Origin: Patescibacteria group bacterium
Lineage (GTDB): Bacteria > Patescibacteriota > Minisyncoccia > Phycocordibacterales > Phycocordibacteraceae
Length of the DNA stretch: 64,000 nt
Assembly: GCA_040390125.1 (NCBI GenBank)
Contig: JAZJYZ010000001.1
Span: forward strand, 70,428 to 134,427
Direction: 5' to 3'
The notes beneath the pieces were generated by a model. The model did not search any database, was not told where the DNA came from, and worked only from the letters and a program-made list of their open reading frames with translations. Positions 35,466 to 44,439 of the stretch are shown here, one piece after another. A program made the translations under genes and the position numbers. The first letter of the stretch is position 1. Every line of letters starts with the position of its first letter.

Positions 35466-36200
35466 ATGGCATCTTTTTTTCATACAGCGGTATATCAGCC
35501 AATCTATAACGCACTCGCATTCATTATAGGTATTGTGCCGGGAGGCGACATAGGTGTCGCCATTATAGTTATTACCATTTTGGTGCGTTTTGTTCTGTTC
35601 CCTCTTTCCCTTACGGCAATAAAAACGCAAATCTCGATGCGTGCCATTGAACCGCAATTGAAGGCACTGAGAGATGAGCTGAAAGATAACAAGGAAGAGC
35701 TGGCACGCCGTACCATGGCACTTTTTAAAGAAAATAATATTAATCCGTTTGCAAGCTTCCTTTTGATACTGATCCAACTTCCTATAATTATTGGCTTGTA
35801 TTTAGTGCTTCAAAGTGAGACTAAGGTCGTATCGTTTGATCCAAGCGTACTCTACTCATTTGTGCACGCCCCCGAACAAGCGTCACTCCTATTTCTTGGT
35901 CTTATGGACCTTACGGGCAAAAGTATCCTCTTGGCACTCTTGGTCGCAGTCACCCAATTCATCTATGCCCGCCTCATGACCCCCGTGGCTCCTCCAAAAA
36001 ATACTTCAGGAAAACCTGCTTCTTTTCAAGATGATTTGGCAAGGAGTATGCATCTTCAAATGAGATATGTCTTCCCTGCGGTTATTGGCTTTGTCGCATA
36101 CGCCGCATCCTCAGCCATCGCACTCTACTTCCTTGTCGGTAACCTTTTCAGTATTGGACAGGAAATACTTATACGACGTATGCATCATGGAAAAAGATAA
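35466..36200 (+). CDS. yidC: Membrane protein insertase YidC/Oxa1
   Basis: TILVRFVLFPL, NINPF, LIQLPI, ALYF; oriC-region synteny. Confidence 0.93.
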   Translation: MASFFHTAVYQPIYNALAFIIGIVPGGDIGVAIIVITILVRFVLFPLSLTAIKTQISMRAIEPQLKALRDELKDNKEELARRTMALFKENNINPFASFLLILIQLPIIIGLYLVLQSETKVVSFDPSVLYSFVHAPEQASLLFLGLMDLTGKSILLALLVAVTQFIYARLMTPVAPPKNTSGKPASFQDDLARSMHLQMRYVFPAVIGFVAYAASSAIALYFLVGNLFSIGQEILIRRMHHGKR

Positions 36201-36660
36201 AGTAATTGCGATAATTAAAGAACTTGTTTCAAGAATGGGCTTACACCTCAAGGATGTTCAGGTATCTGAGGTTGCGGGGCACACGCTTTTCACACTTCTT
36301 TCCGATGATTCAGGAGCTCTTATTGGTACCGGGGGAGAGACACTCCACGCCTTAAACCATATAGTCAAAAAATCGCTTGAGTCGGGGACAAAAACAGACG
36401 AGCCATTTCGTTTCGTTGTTGATGTTAATGGGTACCACCTAAAACATATCAAAATGCTTGAAGCACAAGCTCACATGCTTGCTGAGCGTGCACGCACATT
36501 CAAATACGACATCGATATGAGCCCTATGAGTCCGTACGACCGTATGATCGTTCACGCATCACTACAAGGCTCTCCAGACGTCCTTACAGAATCAAACGGC
36601 GAAGGAAAGCTTCGGCACATCGTGATCCGCTATAAGGGAGAGACTCCACCAACGGTGTAA
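36187..36660 (+). CDS. Jag/KhpB-like KH plus R3H RNA-binding protein
   Basis: GALIGTGGETLHAL, VDVNGY, PMSPYDRMIVH, ESNGEG; start placed at ATG 36187. Confidence 0.88.
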   Translation: MEKDKVIAIIKELVSRMGLHLKDVQVSEVAGHTLFTLLSDDSGALIGTGGETLHALNHIVKKSLESGTKTDEPFRFVVDVNGYHLKHIKMLEAQAHMLAERARTFKYDIDMSPMSPYDRMIVHASLQGSPDVLTESNGEGKLRHIVIRYKGETPPTV

Positions 36661-36668
36661 GTTCACTG

Positions 36669-37886
36669 CTACTCGTCTCGAGTGAGGTCGAGCGACCATA
36701 AAGTGAGGTCGTTTTTATTCATGAATGTGACGTATTTTTGATCAGGAGAAATCACTGGGTTTATTAGATCAACTGGTGTGCCTGCTATTTCTTCAAGATG
36801 TCCTAATGACTGAGCTGTGCTTTCAAGGGGACGAATAATCCATGCGGAGTCATTGCGGGCAATTTTTCCTAAGAGCCAGTCGTCAGGAAGTGCAATGCTA
36901 CCTGCCATGAGAGGATCTGAAACCCCGCAGAATACAAGAGGAGCTTCCTCGGAAATCCACGCACACTTTGTTGCAAGCGTTCCCAAAGGCGATGCATAGG
37001 TTTGTCCGGTTTTAGTATCCACCATTCCCAAAGTAGTGCGAATGCCTACACCACTGCTATAAAGCACGTAACGCCCTCCCGGGCTTGGTAGTGCGAGTAG
37101 CCCCGGTACGTCACCTATAATTTTTGTCAGAGTGCCATTGGTTTTGATTTCATATAAAAACCCAGAGATTCCGGAGGATGGTGCACTTGCTATAAAGAAA
37201 CGCTCTCCGCCAGCTAAGGGTACCCATGAGCGAATGGGAGACAATAGAACTGTTCGAGGTTTAGCTCCATCAGGTTGCATGAGCTCTATGTGTGAACCGC
37301 CCGAGGTTTCGCTCACGGTAAGCATGGTTAATCCGCTTTTTGCCACTGCAGAACGCTTGAATCCTTTGAGCGGAAGCGTATACACGGACTGCTGAGAACT
37401 TGTTGCATTTAAAACCGCGAACGCATTAACGATTGTTTCTGTGTCGGGCAATGTACGGAGTAGCAGTGTGGAATCGGTAATCGCAATCAAATCTTGTATT
37501 AGGGGGATGGTGGTGTTGGAGAGTCGTACTTCTGTGTATGAGTCTACTGGTGTTTCAAATATATGTCCCGTCGCTCTTTCCATGAAGCGAATGTGCGAAG
37601 GAGTGGTGGTACTCGCTTCCGAGGCAAACCATGATCCTGCCGTTGGGCGACTGCTCACTTGGCGGAGGCGTGTAAGTACTTTTTGTACGGAAACTTCTTC
37701 GGTGCTCCCTTCAGGTGTTTTTGTTGCAGGAGTTCCAGCTCCGAATGGGAAAAATGCACTGAAAAAATCTCTTGGTGCTGGGGTGCCGCCATTCGGTGTT
37801 TTTTGGGCAGTGAAAAAAAAGTACCCCGAAACTAAGACAATGCCGAAGAGAAAGAGAACGACAATGAGGATGAGACGTCTATTCAT
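36669..37886 (-). CDS. Membrane-anchored beta-propeller-like hypothetical protein
   Basis: N-terminal TM; TolB-like SPGGRY / SPDQKY repeats. Confidence 0.7.
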   Translation of the reverse strand: MNRRLILIVVLFLFGIVLVSGYFFFTAQKTPNGGTPAPRDFFSAFFPFGAGTPATKTPEGSTEEVSVQKVLTRLRQVSSRPTAGSWFASEASTTTPSHIRFMERATGHIFETPVDSYTEVRLSNTTIPLIQDLIAITDSTLLLRTLPDTETIVNAFAVLNATSSQQSVYTLPLKGFKRSAVAKSGLTMLTVSETSGGSHIELMQPDGAKPRTVLLSPIRSWVPLAGGERFFIASAPSSGISGFLYEIKTNGTLTKIIGDVPGLLALPSPGGRYVLYSSGVGIRTTLGMVDTKTGQTYASPLGTLATKCAWISEEAPLVFCGVSDPLMAGSIALPDDWLLGKIARNDSAWIIRPLESTAQSLGHLEEIAGTPVDLINPVISPDQKYVTFMNKNDLTLWSLDLTRDE

Positions 37887-37898
37887 AGAAGCTCAAAG

Positions 37899-38597
37899 TT
37901 ATTTAGGGAGGGCACAGCACTGGTACCCTTCCGCAAGAGCCGGGCAACACTGGTTGTTTATTCTGGAGTAACCGACATCCATGAGTCGTTCACACGAGGC
38001 CCCGGTGGGCACAGCTCGAGGATTCTTAAATTGCGTACACGCCACCGTTACTTCCGCAGCTTGGGACACTGTTGGAACGGTACAGATAATAACAGACTCA
38101 TTTTTTGTAGCAGTTCCACCTTGCTTTTTGCAGTCTGCTTCGCTCGTTGCAGGAATTGTCGTTCGAGCGTCACTTTCAAAACTGCCCAGCATCGTTAAAT
38201 CTTTGGTAAGTGCATCCAGGTTAAGAATATTGGGGTTAATCACGTGCAAAATTACATATGCCAAGAGAAGCAGGATAAGACCCATCGCCGCACCCTGCAG
38301 GCCCTCCATCGCAGCCTGCTTTTTACCGACGACATCTGATGCCATGTATTTGAATCCGTCGAACGTAATCATGATGACCCCAAGGATTGCCGCAATGGCA
38401 ATCGTGAGCCCAAACACCGCATTCAGGTAGCTGGTGAGCGAGGTGCTGGAATCAACGGCACCACTTCCAGTTGGGAGTGGCACTGAGACGATTGGTTGAA
38501 ACTGAAATTGCGGAGCTTTGTCTGCCGCTAGTGCAGGAGTTATTCCTCCGAGGAGTGAAGCGAAGAGAAATGCGAGGGTTATGAGTATGCGGGACAT
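37899..38597 (-). CDS. VirB2/TrbC-like pilin-domain protein with Cys-rich C-terminus
   Basis: Signal peptide; YLN.VF...IAAILGVIMI..GFKYM...GLILLLLAYVIL..INP. Confidence 0.7.
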   Translation of the reverse strand: MSRILITLAFLFASLLGGITPALAADKAPQFQFQPIVSVPLPTGSGAVDSSTSLTSYLNAVFGLTIAIAAILGVIMITFDGFKYMASDVVGKKQAAMEGLQGAAMGLILLLLAYVILHVINPNILNLDALTKDLTMLGSFESDARTTIPATSEADCKKQGGTATKNESVIICTVPTVSQAAEVTVACTQFKNPRAVPTGASCERLMDVGYSRINNQCCPALAEGYQCCALPK

Positions 38598-38598
38598 A

Positions 38599-39567
38599 TT
38601 AAAATGTAAGTTGGAATGATGTGTTTGCATGTTCTAAGAATTTTTTTATGTTTTCAAAAGATACACGCACCGTGTGTGCGCCACTTCCAGTTCCAACTTT
38701 TCTAAATGTTGCACTCTGTGGCTTTGTTGGATCGACAGTAAAGGGCACCGTGTCGAGAGTCCATGTGTATGATACGTCACCGGTGTTCTCTATGGAAAGA
38801 GGGTACGCAACAAATGATACTTCGTCTCCAGTTAGTGGAAACAATGCTGTGTGTGCCTTATCAAATCGCACGCCAAGTAGTGGCGCATCCTCGTATATAA
38901 CCAGAGATGGCGTTTGAGGCTGCACCGTGAGCGACTGCTCGCCAGCAATGGAGCCGTCTTGCGTGCTCACCACAACGGAGACAGTGAATGCGCCTCCGAA
39001 GCTGGGGGCTGTGACCACCGCACTCCATTTACCGTACCCAGATTGCTTTTGCAAAGGTACGTTATTTACTTTCCATGAATATACCAATGCGTTTGAAGGG
39101 GCCTCAGCTCCGTTTATTACCAAATGCGGTATAGCCATGAGTGTAACGGAACTGTGACCATTGGGGAGTGGGCGTCCGATGTAAAGAGCTGGCGTGTATG
39201 TGTTCCCTTCCCAGAGGATATCGACTGACGCTGGTCGAATAATGGTTATGCCGTCCGCTCGAGCGGAGTTGTTTTCGACCGCAATAACACGAATGGTTTC
39301 CGTCGTGCCCAAGCCATCGAGAATAATGGCAATTGAGGTGTGGTCAATTCCTTGGTCAACAACCTCACCGTTCAGACTCCATACGTATGCGGTGGTACCT
39401 ACTTCCCTGCCTGGATCAGAGACCGTCAATGTAACCTGGCTTCCTGGTCGTGGGTGTGCAGGGTTCACCCCTATTTCGAGCTCGGAGCTGAACGTTGGCA
39501 GAATTTCCGCCGAAGCGAAGACTGGAGCCAGGAATAGTAAAGAAAGCGCAAATGTCGCCCGAAGCAT
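38599..39567 (-). CDS. Secreted protein with three Ig/PKD-like domains
   Basis: Signal peptide; repeated YVWSLNG / YSWKVNN / YTWTLD. Confidence 0.7.
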   Translation of the reverse strand: MLRATFALSLLFLAPVFASAEILPTFSSELEIGVNPAHPRPGSQVTLTVSDPGREVGTTAYVWSLNGEVVDQGIDHTSIAIILDGLGTTETIRVIAVENNSARADGITIIRPASVDILWEGNTYTPALYIGRPLPNGHSSVTLMAIPHLVINGAEAPSNALVYSWKVNNVPLQKQSGYGKWSAVVTAPSFGGAFTVSVVVSTQDGSIAGEQSLTVQPQTPSLVIYEDAPLLGVRFDKAHTALFPLTGDEVSFVAYPLSIENTGDVSYTWTLDTVPFTVDPTKPQSATFRKVGTGSGAHTVRVSFENIKKFLEHANTSFQLTF

Positions 39568-39589
39568 CTGTTCATTATAAGGGATGGGG

Positions 39590-39743
39590 AAGCTTTCAGC
39601 TTTCAGCTTTCAGCTTTCAGGGGGGAAATCAGCAGGGAGGCTTCTAGCGGACAGGCGATGTTTCATCGGATCCGTAGGGATCATTTAGCGTCTAGCTTTA
39701 ACTGCAGAAGCTAGTCGCTAAACGCTAGCCGCTATCCCCTAGC
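39590..39743. repeat. Composite repeat region: 7-nt arrays plus the 36-bp double hairpin, copy 2 (39653-39688)
   Basis: (CTTTCAG)4; AGGCGATGTTTCATCGGATCCGTAGGGATCATTTAG; CGCTAAA CGCTAGC CGCTATC CCCTAGC. Confidence 0.8.
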
Positions 39744-41550
39744 TGTTTCCCTCTCTTTTCTCCCGTGCTATCGAAAGCAACTGGGATGGGTCTGAGGTAA
39801 TTATCTGGTCTTCTGTGTAGGAGGCGATGATTTTTATGGCTACGTGCTTAAGACCTGCGAAGAAAATACCTTCACCGACGTCAGATTCTAGAAGCAGGTA
39901 TTTCTCCTCCTCGGTTAAGTTGAAGGTTTTTTGCACGGCCTCTATGGATGTGGGTGACTGCTTGAGAAGAATCTGAATAGAAGAGTTGGTGAGCATCGGC
40001 AAACCGTAGGGAGACTTCAAGAAGTCTTCTACGTCTTGAGTAATAGTGGCGAGCCCCAGATAGTATTTTCTTCCACGTTTCGCCATACCATAGAGGAATG
40101 CAGCAGTGTCTTCAGATTTCATCATCCACCACGCCTCGTCAATGACGAGCAGACGTTTACGCAGGTCCTTCCTGACCGCATTCCAAATAAAGTGCGTAAT
40201 GATATACATCGCAATCGTTTTTAGCTCGTCTTCCATGTTTCGAACTGAAAACGCCACGAACTTTTTGTTGATGTCTACGTTTGTTGGTCGGTTAATGAAG
40301 CCAGACCACGTACCTTTTGTGTATTTTGTAACTCTCTGCACCAAGGACTCGCTTCCTTCCATGCCTGCAAGCACAAGTTCGAAGTCAGACAAAAGCGGCG
40401 GCTCCATGTTGGTGAAGTCGTTGGCACCAGTGATGTCTTTAAGTGCGTACGTTTCTGTAATGGCCCGATCAATAATTGCATCTTCTTCAGGGGTAAGACC
40501 GCCAAGCATCAACCGAAACAATCCCACTAAGTTGATTATGTTTGATCGCAAGATGTCAGCCGGCGATTCATCTTCACGTGGCACCGGCAAATCGAAAGGG
40601 TTGATGCGGTTTTCTGAAGACAGTGAAATATTGAAAAATCTTCCACCAACGGCGTTTGCCAGGTACTCGTATTCGCTTTCAGGGTCTATGACGATGACTT
40701 CAGTGTCGAACATGAGCGACCGCAATATTTCAAGCTTCGTACCATATGACTTTCCGGAGCCAGATTTCGCAAAGGTGACGGAGTTATAGTTTTCCAAGGA
40801 AAATCTGTCGAACAAGATTAACGATGAGTTGTGTCTGTTAATGCCGTACAGAATTCCCTTGTCGCTTGTGAGGTCGAATGAAATGAATGGGAAGAAGCTT
40901 GAAAGCGGAGCAGAGTTCATTTTTGAGTTAACGGCGAGCTGGTCATCCCCTATCGGTATGACGCTTCGAAATCCCTGCTCTTGCTGGAAGAGAGCTGGTT
41001 TTATGTATACGAGTTTTGCGTCAAGAATCGAACGCATTTCGGCCTCTGTTTTGTCGAGCTCATCTTGGTTCGTGCCATAAATCGATATATAAAGACCAAC
41101 ATCAAATATGCGTTCTTGTGCCTGCTGGAGTTGATCACGGAGTTGTTCAATGTCTTGGGAGGCCGTGTCGAGTATTGGGTCACGCACCATCCCCTTCTCT
41201 TGGCGTGTCATTCTTTGGCTTTGAACCTCGGCAACCTTTTTCTGTAGTTTTCGAAGGACTGCCGCAGTGTCGATTGGATGGATGAATATAGAAATATCCA
41301 AAACCCTGTCACGGTTAATGATTGGTGCAAACCATGTGCCAGACAAAAAGCGAGGATATGAAATCACGTAAAAGGTACGCACCAGCTTGTCGCCCAAGTT
41401 CATCTCACGAGGAGTAATTTTGAGAGCTGACGGTGCAATAATGTCAGCAAAGTCTAACTTCGCCGCTTCGTAAATGTCTTTTGGCAAAAACGGCGTCAGT
41501 GCGTCTTTCTTTTTTGTTCCTTTCCCAGTGAATGCGTCGAAAATTCCCAT
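39739..41550 (-). CDS. VirB4/TraC-like type IV secretion ATPase
   Basis: AKSGSGKS Walker A, VIDPESEY, INPFD, IDEAW, TQD. Confidence 0.9.
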   Translation of the reverse strand: MGIFDAFTGKGTKKKDALTPFLPKDIYEAAKLDFADIIAPSALKITPREMNLGDKLVRTFYVISYPRFLSGTWFAPIINRDRVLDISIFIHPIDTAAVLRKLQKKVAEVQSQRMTRQEKGMVRDPILDTASQDIEQLRDQLQQAQERIFDVGLYISIYGTNQDELDKTEAEMRSILDAKLVYIKPALFQQEQGFRSVIPIGDDQLAVNSKMNSAPLSSFFPFISFDLTSDKGILYGINRHNSSLILFDRFSLENYNSVTFAKSGSGKSYGTKLEILRSLMFDTEVIVIDPESEYEYLANAVGGRFFNISLSSENRINPFDLPVPREDESPADILRSNIINLVGLFRLMLGGLTPEEDAIIDRAITETYALKDITGANDFTNMEPPLLSDFELVLAGMEGSESLVQRVTKYTKGTWSGFINRPTNVDINKKFVAFSVRNMEDELKTIAMYIITHFIWNAVRKDLRKRLLVIDEAWWMMKSEDTAAFLYGMAKRGRKYYLGLATITQDVEDFLKSPYGLPMLTNSSIQILLKQSPTSIEAVQKTFNLTEEEKYLLLESDVGEGIFFAGLKHVAIKIIASYTEDQIITSDPSQLLSIAREKREGNS

Positions 41551-41552
41551 AT

Positions 41553-42227
41553 TTATTGAGTTTCAGCTGGCTGTTCCATAACAATTGGTTTTTCTAATTC
41601 GCCCGGATTAAATTCCTTATACAAAAGTTCAATCACCTCTTCAGTGCCAAGGGGTACTGTTCGCACTCCCGTGCGGGCAAGTCCTTGCTCCACCGTTCCC
41701 ATTCTTTGCTCAAGTTGAGTGCGGTGCTCTTCAAATCCTATGGCCCCTTTATCTTGCCTCGCAGAAAGATCAGTTTTCCCGAAAATTTTGTTTTGCACAG
41801 TCTTTTTAATATCAAGCATTGGAGGAGCATACGGAATCACTATAAAGAAGTGCTTGCTCATGATGTTGGCACGTTCAGTGAATGTTTTTATGAATTCTAT
41901 ATATTCACGCACCTGTATTTTCATGAGCTCCTCTGTTTGTGCTTTGAGACGCTCTTCAAGGAGTGCGATATAAGGACGGATGTCCAGTTTTCGAGATTGA
42001 ATGAAAAACTGTACGCTGAAATCGAGCGAATTCATGAAGCTCTGAAATTGCGAGAGTATCGCATTCTGCTCGTCTTCGGATTTAAGTGCGAAGTTCACGG
42101 ATGACGCTAGCATCACCCCCACGAGCGTTCCGCTTTTCATTACCATCACGCCCCCACGCACTTCTTTCACCGGAACGAAGTCCTGTGCCGCTTTTGTTTT
42201 TGCTGTTTTTTCGTCTCCGCCTGCCAT
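41553..42227 (-). CDS. T4SS-associated protein (TraC/VirB4 N-terminal-like)
   Basis: SVNFALKSEDEQ, FMNSLDF; lies between prgI-like and virB4-like genes. Confidence 0.75.
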   Translation of the reverse strand: MAGGDEKTAKTKAAQDFVPVKEVRGGVMVMKSGTLVGVMLASSVNFALKSEDEQNAILSQFQSFMNSLDFSVQFFIQSRKLDIRPYIALLEERLKAQTEELMKIQVREYIEFIKTFTERANIMSKHFFIVIPYAPPMLDIKKTVQNKIFGKTDLSARQDKGAIGFEEHRTQLEQRMGTVEQGLARTGVRTVPLGTEEVIELLYKEFNPGELEKPIVMEQPAETQ

Positions 42228-42249
42228 AGTATTTGAAAGGTTCTAGCTT

Positions 42250-42630
42250 CTAGGTGCTAGCTTTAAGGCTAGCAATCACAGCGACAAGCATTCTTGAAAC
42301 TTCTTCGAGCATTGCCGTCGATTCATTATAGTCGATTTTTTCTCCGTATTCTAAGCGTTTAGCCATTTCCAACTGTGTTTCTAGCTCTGAAGTAGATCCT
42401 AATGCGATGTGTAAAAATTGTGCAAAATCTTTTCTGGTACCACGTGATCTACCTTCGGCTATATTGGAAGGAATAGAAACAGCACTTCTTCTCATTTGAG
42501 AAATAAGTCCAAATTTTTCTTCCGATGGAAACTTTGAAGTAAATTTGTAAATAACCATTGCTAAATCTACCCCCTTTTGCCAAACAATCAGGTCTTTATG
42601 AGAACGTATTTGAGTTTTAGTTTTTTGCAT
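42250..42630 (-). CDS. Four-helix bundle protein (23S rRNA IVP/Avd-like family)
   Basis: DLIVWQK, FPSEEKFGLISQMRRSAVSIPSNIAEG, FLHIALGS..ELETQL. Confidence 0.93.
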   Translation of the reverse strand: MQKTKTQIRSHKDLIVWQKGVDLAMVIYKFTSKFPSEEKFGLISQMRRSAVSIPSNIAEGRSRGTRKDFAQFLHIALGSTSELETQLEMAKRLEYGEKIDYNESTAMLEEVSRMLVAVIASLKAST

Positions 42631-42674
42631 TTGAAAGCTAGCACCTAGAACCTAGTCCCTAGCACCCCCCCCCT

Positions 42675-43112
42675 CTACTGTTGTTTCTTGTCACTATATA
42701 CACTCTCCTTTATATCCAAACTCCACGCCAGATCTTTTATCTTGTTCGAGGTTGCTGAGGGCACATATTTTGAAGGATCTTCAGCACGTATTTCTCCTGG
42801 CAGTATGATTTCGTCAGGCAGTACCGTTTTTGATTGCTTCTTTTCCCAAATGTAGAGTTTAGTGCGAAATAGGTATTGAAAACCTGCCTCAAGAGCATTG
42901 ATGAGTGGTCGGTCATTTATTTTATAGAATGCGAGTCCAGCACCTAGTGCCGCTACGGGTCCGCCTATAAGGATGGCAAGCCAATGGGGAGCAATGAGCC
43001 ACATGGCAAACAAGAACCCACCTCCTCCAATGAGATAGATGAATTGCACTGCGGTTAAGGGACCGAAGATTTTATCTTCAACTTCTACGAATTGTGGTAC
43101 TTGGAATTGCAT
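42675..43112 (-). CDS. PrgI family protein
   Basis: MQFQVPQFVEVEDKIFGPLT..QF, 2 TM, KINDRP. Confidence 0.85.
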   Translation of the reverse strand: MQFQVPQFVEVEDKIFGPLTAVQFIYLIGGGGFLFAMWLIAPHWLAILIGGPVAALGAGLAFYKINDRPLINALEAGFQYLFRTKLYIWEKKQSKTVLPDEIILPGEIRAEDPSKYVPSATSNKIKDLAWSLDIKESVYSDKKQQ

Positions 43113-43171
43113 GGAAGTGAATAGAACAGTGAACAGAGTACAGTGTACAGTGAACAGAGAGAAAAATGGAG

Positions 43172-43564
43172 TTACGTATGTGCTTTTGTTTTCAATACTG
43201 CGATAAGTTTTGAAAGCATGAGTTTAAGTTCAAGGGTTTGTTGGCGTAAATTGACACATTCTTTATTTGAGGAAAATTTGAGTTTTTCGGCTATAACAAT
43301 TTGAGTATCTAACTCCGCAAGTGAACCAAGTGCAATGTGCAAAAACTGTATAAAGTCTTTAGTGGTATTACGTGATTTCCCTTCAGCAATATTTGATGGA
43401 ATAGAAACCGCTGACCTCCGCATCTGAGAGATAAGTCCAAATTTTTCATCGGACGGATATTTTGATGTCGCAATATATATTTTTTCTACAAGGTTGATTG
43501 ATTTCTGCCACACCAATAAATTCTCATGCGAAGCTACACGGCCACCGTTATCAGAGTCACTCAT
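43172..43564 (-). CDS. Four-helix bundle protein (paralog 2)
   Basis: NLLVWQK, YPSDEKFGLISQMRRSAVSIPSNIAEG, FLHIALGS. Confidence 0.93.
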   Translation of the reverse strand: MSDSDNGGRVASHENLLVWQKSINLVEKIYIATSKYPSDEKFGLISQMRRSAVSIPSNIAEGKSRNTTKDFIQFLHIALGSLAELDTQIVIAEKLKFSSNKECVNLRQQTLELKLMLSKLIAVLKTKAHT

Positions 43565-43629
43565 ATTTTCTAGCTTCTTAATTCAGCGTCTTAAAGCTGT
43601 ACACTGTTCACTAAACACTATCCCCTACC

Positions 43630-44436
43630 TCATTCCACTGGTTCTCTATACGGGTCCACTCCTCCTTTATATATTGGTTTTGCTGATGTTGGCGACGGTG
43701 GGGGCGTTGGTGCTTTTTCTGCGACCGGTGTTTCTTTTGCAGGCTGAACGCTCTCCGCAGGAGCTGGTTCAGATTTAGGGGTTGTTTCTAGCCCGAGTTT
43801 TTGTAGGGCGATGTTTGGCTGTATTGGAGAGATACGAGGTGCGCTCGAGTCAGTCTCTCTTGGTTTCAGTTCTATTGAGTTGTCATGCTCTGGTACTGGA
43901 GTTTTTTCAGCTTCAAGGAGTGCTTCTGCAAGCTCCTTGTCCGCCTCCTCTTGCAATTTTTGAGCCTCCTCTTGCTCGGCTTTTTCTAGTGCCAACAGTT
44001 CCGGGTCATCGTCTGCCAGGTACTCTATTCTTTCTCTACGTGCATTTTCGGCTATTTCTTCTGCGGTAAGTTCTCGTTCGGGTTCGGAGACTCCCTCCGC
44101 AACTTTCTTAGGTTCGAGGATACCCTCTTTGAGGCGTCTTTTTGCTTCCTTAAATAGGCGGTCATTCATGTCAGCAACGAGTTCATGCGTTATTGCGTTC
44201 GACAGCTCCGGCATCCATTGGTGCAGATTTGTTTCAAGGGCCGACTCTGCTTCCAATCCCATCAACGTGACGTTGCCAATTTCGCTTATTATCATAAGCT
44301 CCCGTAAATCCAGGTTGAACTTTTTTTGTATCCCAATATAGATATTTGTTAAGGCTTCTGTACCTAGGAAATCAGAAACCGACTCAGGTAGTTTTTTTCT
44401 CGCTTCATCTTTTTCTTCGTTGGTGTGGGGTTTCAT
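43630..44436 (-). CDS. Hypothetical protein with C-terminal DPYREP motif
   Basis: 268-aa ORF in the operon; acidic, Pro-rich linker. Confidence 0.75.
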   Translation of the reverse strand: MKPHTNEEKDEARKKLPESVSDFLGTEALTNIYIGIQKKFNLDLRELMIISEIGNVTLMGLEAESALETNLHQWMPELSNAITHELVADMNDRLFKEAKRRLKEGILEPKKVAEGVSEPERELTAEEIAENARRERIEYLADDDPELLALEKAEQEEAQKLQEEADKELAEALLEAEKTPVPEHDNSIELKPRETDSSAPRISPIQPNIALQKLGLETTPKSEPAPAESVQPAKETPVAEKAPTPPPSPTSAKPIYKGGVDPYREPVE

Positions 44437-44439
44437 AGG

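Noticed and set aside
42250-43564. Diversity-generating retroelement (Avd-like genes)
   Set aside because: No reverse transcriptase and no template/variable repeat pair with adenine-specific mismatches seen in the window
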